64,000 bases of DNA from Lama guanicoe (taxonomy: Eukaryota). The position numbers were made by a program, and so were the translations under genes. The stretch spans positions 3,767,410-3,831,409 of the forward strand of contig MU053472.1 in assembly GCA_013239625.1 (NCBI GenBank), read 5' to 3'. Below are positions 60,646-64,000 of the stretch, piece after piece. Positions within the stretch are counted from its first letter, which is position 1, and every line of letters begins with the position of its first letter. Under the pieces are notes generated by a model. The model had not been told where the DNA came from. It was given only the letters and a program-made list of their open reading frames with translations, and searched no databases.

Positions 60646-62001
60646 AGGGAGATTTGCTTTCTCATTCCCTGGGACCCTCTCGATCTTACCAGGAACCAGG
60701 CCGGAGACTCCACCTCATTCGCCAGCATCCTGGCCACGCCCACTACCACCTCCCTGCTGCCTACTTGCTGGGCCCTTCCCGGAGCGCAGCGGCTCGGCCC
60801 ACACGACCTGGTCCCTTCCTGCCATCCCAGGAGCCAGGCACGGGCCCTCGGCACCACCGCCTCCCCAGAGCTGCACATCCCCGGGCTCCAGGCGAGCCAC
60901 AGCGCCTGGCAGTGGCCCAGCACCCTTACGCGCAGGGCTGGGGGCTGAGCCGCCCCCGATGCACTTCGCTGCACCCCACTGCTTGCCCCGCACCTCCACG
61001 CCGGGCCAGGCCTCACGACAGCAGCGGGTCTGGAGAAAGCTACTGCACAGAGCGCAGCGGCTACCTGGCAGATGGGCCGGCCAGTGACTCCAGTTCGGGG
61101 CCCTGTCATGGTTCTTCGAGTGACTCGGTGGTCAACTGCACGGACATCAGCCTGCAGGGCATCCATGGCAGCAGTTCCACCTTCCGCAGCTCCCTGAGCA
61201 GTGACTTTGACCCCCTCGTTTACTGCAGCCCTGAGGGGGGCTCCCAGGGGGAGGAGACCCAGCCTAGTGTGACCTCTCGGCCCCGTTCTTTGGACTCTGT
61301 GGTGCCCACCGAGGAAACCCAGGTGTCCAGCCATGTCCACTACCACCGCCACCGGCACCACCACTACAAAAAGCGCTTCCGGTGGCATGGCAGAAAGCCT
61401 GGCCCAGAAACTGGAGTACCCCAGTCCAGGCCGGCCATTTTTTGGACACAGCTCCAGCCAGAGCCACTTTCACCTGATCAGCAAGCTGCCAGATCCAACC
61501 CAGCAGCCCCTTCCGGGCAGCTCCCCAACCCACAGCGGCCCAGGGCCCTCACCGAGCCAGCTCCCGGACCAGCTGACGCCTCCACCCCCAGCCCCAGTTC
61601 CAGCAGCCTCTTCCTCTTGCAGAAATCCAGCCTCCCTGTCCGACACCCACAGAGGAAACGGCGGGGGGGTCCCTCAGAGCCCACCCTGGCCTCTAGACCC
61701 CAGAACGTGACTGCACACCCAGCTTGCCAGACTCCTCCTCATTATGGCTCCAGCCTGGCATACCCTTGGTCCCCAGAGGCCCATCCATTGATCTTCGGAC
61801 CTCCGGGCCTGGACAAGAGGCTGCTACCAGAACCTCCAGGCCCCAATTACCCAAGTTCACAGCCAGTGTGGTTGTGCCTGACTCCACGCCGGCCCCTGGG
61901 ACCTCACGCATCTGGGGAGGGGCCTTCCGAATGGAGTTCTGACACCCCAGAGGGCAGGCCGTGCCCTTACCCACACTGCCAGGTGCTGCCAGCCCAGCCT
62001 G
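60646..62001 (+). CDS. RNF43: RNF43 exon 9, aa 318-770 (Ser/His/Pro-rich cytoplasmic tail)
   Basis: ctttcttccag|AGGGAG.. within ORF 60606-62045. Contains [26 protein letters not shown] and RKRRGGP. Donor CTG|GTGAGT, 1356 nt. Confidence 0.97.
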
Positions 62002-62879
62002 GTGAGTCTTCTGGGGAAGTGGGTCAGGTGGGCAGAGGAGACTAGAGAAGGGTGAAGTCATCTAAGGGGTTGATGGGAGCTGAGAAGGGTACAACAGGGG
62101 TCCAAACACTGAACAACTGGCACAGCATAGGGTACTGGCTCTGCCAGGTATTACTCCTTTGGTTGCCATATCTGGTTGAGACACCAGAAAGCACCTGGGG
62201 GTGGTTTGGGGCAGCAGCTCAAATGCAGGTGTTTCAATATTTTAAAAATGCATACAGCTCAATATTAGCTATAAATACAAAGAAGGCCAAGAAGTGTTGC
62301 TTGAGGAGAGCATGGACACACAGTTACTGAAAACCACAATCCCAGGCCATATGTGATCTTATAGGTGAAATAATTACAGACAACCGTAATTCTGGGCCAT
62401 AAGAGAAGAGCTATGTGAATGATGCAAAAATGATTCATTGCTTCCTTCTATTTTTCTTTCTGCGTTGTATGCTTGCTATGGGCTAGGTTCCAGGCTAGGC
62501 TCTGAGGACATGGAGCTTGTCAACCAGGAGACCCAGGTCTGGTCTGTGGAGAGACAGGCATGCATACTATTAGAGTACAGAAAATAGTTGCTTCCACAGA
62601 GCCACGTATTGCAGACTTTGGCCATGTGTCTGATGGTTCCATCTGGATCCTGTCACAAGTGTACCTTCGGTGCTGCCAGTGCCAGGCCACCACCTCCCCT
62701 CTGTCCCAAACTCATAATTAGTCTCAGTGTTTCCCTTTTCCTGGCTCTTCAAACCCAGTCAATGGCAGGTTCTGTTAACTGTATCTCTGCTAGCTTTACC
62801 ATATTCTCCCACACAGGACTGATGGCCCCTGCCCATGTCTTAGGCGCAGCCTAAAGATCGAGGCAGGAGCCTCCTAGCT

Positions 62880-63485
62880 CCTCCCTTCCCCTCACAGGGC
62901 CATTAAGGCTGGGCACTGCACATCCGTGTTGTGTCCTGTAGAGTCATGCAGCATGGTGACCCTGCTCACCACCCTCCGTACTGCTGCTAAGGTCACCCTT
63001 CTCAAATAAACTGTCCAGAAATCTTCAAATGTTCTGTTTTGTTCAGAGCCTTGACCTTCAAGGCTCTAGCACCGGCTAGCCCCCATCTTCCTTCCCAACC
63101 TGATTTTCCTCTCTTCCCCTTCCCTTCCCCTGCCCCATGCTTTAGCCAAACTAGGTAAACACTTCCTGCAGTTTCTGCAGCGCAGAATATTCGGCTGCCT
63201 TCCTATTCCCATAATTCTTCCCTGTCCTGCAGGACCAGCTCATTTACCTCCACTTCCAAGAAGCCCTTCCTGATTGCTCCAATTGGACATGATCTTTCCC
63301 CTTCCTCAATTTGTCTCTTGTGACCCCAGTCCTGCCGCATTGGCCTTATTGCCAGTTACATGCAAAGCTTCTCTCCTGCGAGGTTGTCAGGTCCCTGCTT
63401 AATATTTTTGGCCTTCTATTTGGCATGTGATACCAGGGCAGGTTCACAAGTGCTCAATAAATATTTATTGGGTGAATGAGTGAAT
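62880..63485 (+). mobile_element. L2 LINE 3' end
   Basis: Ends tgctcaataaatatttattgggtgaatgagtgaat. Internal ccacttccaagaagcccttcctga. Confidence 0.7.
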
Positions 63486-63725
63486 ATTAAGTATTGGTAA
63501 CACACTGGTTGCTATAAATGTATCTCTTTCTCTAGATTTGTTTTTCTCTCCTCTGTGTCCCAACTGAGGCCCCCCTCAGCTTTCAATCTAAACACCCTTT
63601 CTGGACCCATTCCCTGCTCCTCCCTCTCTGTAGTTCCCTCCCAGCCATACTCTCTTGCAGGTGGAACAAGCAAGAGGCTGGCCTGACGCTCAGTGACCTC
63701 TTTCCATCCCTCTCTCTAAATGCAG

Positions 63726-63769
63726 GCTCAGAAGAGGAGCTTGAGGAGCTGTGTGAACAGGCCGTGTGA
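63726..63769 (+). CDS. RNF43: RNF43 exon 10, aa 770-783 and stop
   Basis: ctctctaaatgcag|GCTCAG.. (G)SEEELEELCEQAV*, TGA at 63767-63769. Summed CDS 252+123+75+132+105+162+103+1356+44 = 2352 nt. Confidence 0.95.
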
Positions 63770-64000
63770 GATGTTCAGGCCTAGCTCCAACCAAGAACGT
63801 GCTCCGGAGGACTCGGGGCCCCACCTGGCACAGGGTCCTACTCCTGAGAGAAGAAAGGACCTCCGAAAACACCCTCTTTTTTGCCATACATCCTGGAACC
63901 AGTGGAAGAGGAGTGGTGATGGTGGGTGGCAGGAGGTGTTGTTGCCCACTCCCAGCTCCAGACCTTGTCTGCAAACCATCTGTGGGGCAGCAAGTCTGTG
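63770..64000 (+). other. RNF43: RNF43 3'UTR (continues beyond window)
   Basis: Follows the stop codon, with no polyA signal before the window end. Confidence 0.8.

Noticed and set aside
60600..61388. 262-aa minus-strand ORF
   Set aside because: It lies wholly antisense to GC-rich RNF43 exon 9 and has no recognisable domain. A shadow ORF.

Overview
Mammalian genomic DNA, most likely camelid (alpaca/llama/camel) judging by the tRNA-Ala-like SINEs and young L1 3' ends. The window holds essentially the whole RNF43 gene on the + strand. RNF43 is a transmembrane PA-TM-RING E3 ligase and Wnt/Frizzled negative regulator. It has a non-coding exon 1 (~7.1-7.67 kb) and nine coding exons from ATG 9107 to TGA 63769 that splice with GT-AG ends into an intact 2352-nt ORF (783 aa). 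Intron 2 is 41.6 kb. Upstream on the same strand lie the last coding exon and 3'UTR of HSF5 (2596-~4810), which the ORF track missed. The rest is intronic or intergenic: L1, L2, MIR, MER5 and tRNA-derived SINE copies, microsatellites and one 189-N assembly gap. I found no convincing new protein-coding system, and nearly all short ORFs in the track are noise. The best leads are regulatory or structural: a uORF-rich RNF43 5'UTR with a uORF stop overlapping the main AUG, a candidate internal promoter before exon 4, TCF/LEF site clusters, a probable L1 3' transduction, an inverted MIR pair, and conserved cancer frameshift homopolymers. Comparisons to human genes are from memory and need alignment to confirm.
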